64,000 nucleotides of DNA from Octopus sinensis. Its lineage: Eukaryota. Where the stretch lies: NCBI RefSeq assembly GCF_006345805.1, contig NC_043000.1, positions 62,992,001-63,056,000 on the forward strand, read 5' to 3'. Positions 62,475 to 64,000 of the stretch are shown here, in pieces. Numbering within the stretch: the stretch's first letter is position 1; each line of letters starts with the position of its first letter. The notes beneath the pieces were generated by a model. That model was given only the letters and a program-made list of their open reading frames with translations. It did no database searches and was not told where the DNA came from. A program made the position numbers and the translations under genes.

Positions 62475-63469
62475 CATACACATACATATAAATATATATT
62501 TTAACCATCTGGTAGAACTCGTTGTTCTGCACCCAGGAATGTCGATAATGTCCTATTCTCAAAATGATCAGAATTTGTAAATTTTACTCCCAAGTTTGTA
62601 AATCAACATATCTTCAAGTATTCTTTAGGAGATTCAGATATGAAACTGTGGCCTAACCAGTCTATAATTTACAGAGAATTCATTTGTAACTAATTGGAAG
62701 TGGCGGTGCTTTGTAGGTAAAAATAATTTTTGTTGACTGGGAAATATATAAAAAAAAACACTTCTCTCTAATTTACATCAATTCCTGCATTTATTTATCA
62801 CATACCACGATTACACATTCTCCATGGTTTACAGTTGTCGAAATACCAGTTCTCCGAAGGCAGCTTCCAATGTATGAGCCAATATGGGCCCTTTAACTCA
62901 GAGAAGCCCAATGTTTGTGGGTAACAATTTAAAAGTATGTTTAGAGCAATTAAATAATTTGTAAAATATTTACTTGCTTAATTTTTTTAATCTAAGAAAG
63001 TTCTTTTAAAATTATTGAACCTTTTTTTTATTTTGGGTGCTTTTGAATTTAAAAATCCATTAAATTTAATTGAATCCCACTGAGTCAACTGATCCCTTTT
63101 TACGTTTTAGATCCTCTTCAAACTAGATTTAATGGGGTAAAATCATAGGGTCCTTTAAACTAATTTACCCAAATACGACAACTTTAACACGAAATAACTT
63201 CTACAATACGAAATTTTGTCAAGAATATTCAGAATAAACCGTGTCCTACGTGAAAAATTCTACCAGTATTCAAGTTTCAAATTGTTTAGTTAAAAAAAAT
63301 TACTTTAAAAATCTGTAATTGAGATGGAATAGATTCTAGGTATGAAAAGTGTGTAGACGTGTCTGTGTATGTATATGTGTATATACATGTGAACGTATGT
63401 TTATGTACTGACATGTGTGTCTGATCAAGTTGTATATATGACTTACGCTGTCGAAGGTTGTGTATATTT

Positions 63470-63660
63470 ATATATATATAGTTAATCCAAACATGAAAAC
63501 ACAACAACGCAAGGACGTGGAACAAATATAGTATTATTGGACGCTCAGGAAGGAAGGGAAGAGGAGGGTTTTACATTTCGAGCGGAGCTCTTCGTCAGAA
63601 ACATAGGAAAAGGAAAGATCCAGAGAAGGGAAGACGGAGGAAAAAAAATCGCCAATGATA
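63470..63660 (-). mobile_element. Solo Penelope pseudo-LTR with hammerhead (63568-63602), enclosed by ~80-bp inverted repeats
   Basis: gttt CTGACGA A GAGC-tcc-GCTC GAAA TG T A aaac. The downstream ttcctgagcg..ttccac..ttttcat..(TA)n parallels 59988-60123. IR arms are 63384-63463 and 63691-63772. Confidence 0.75.
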
Positions 63661-64000
63661 CACACGAGGTCACATTACACACACACACACACACAACCTT
63701 CGACAGGGTAACAGTCATATATACAACTTGAACAGACACACATGTCAGTACATAAACATACGTTCACATGTACATACATGTATACACACACACAGGCACG
63801 TCTACACACTTACATACCTAAATACTCACATATATACATAAGCACATACGTACATACATACATGCATATAGGCATGCACGCACGCACACGCATGTACACA
63901 TATGCATGCACACATACTTGCTTGCACACATACTTGCATACACACATACATACATACATACATACATACATACATACATACATACATACAAACAAACAAA

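Overview
AT-rich, microsatellite-dense eukaryotic genomic DNA. The SINE families and the (AAT)n/(TA)n/(TATG)n load look like a coleoid cephalopod, most likely Octopus; this is inferred from repeat content. Most of the window is transposon debris: at least four tRNA-derived SINE families (about 35 copies), R4/Dong, Tx1/L1-like and RTE non-LTR fragments, Penelope-like elements (one young Neptune-type RT+GIY-YIG), Tc1 (DD34E), mariner (DD34D), maT (DD37D), Tigger, Merlin and Helitron remnants. Nearly all ORFs in the supplied track are microsatellite artefacts. No host gene can be named. Two phase-compatible minus-strand candidate exons (3635-3711, 1353-1527) and a few weaker plus-strand candidates exist. 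Highlights: (i) four minimal type-I hammerhead ribozyme motifs, two with non-canonical cores (U3-A8 at 9331-9371; A6U at 59988-60025); (ii) five long, mutually unrelated fold-back palindromes at (TA)n tracts, three of them next to Penelope ends, plus small perfect or nested hairpins; (iii) an (AAT)n-associated R4/Dong set with a possible non-autonomous partner, one copy of which starts with 12 x 25 bp reiterations; (iv) an inverted partial copy of a candidate exon that could act as an ADAR editing-complementary sequence. All alignments were done by eye; no database searches were run.
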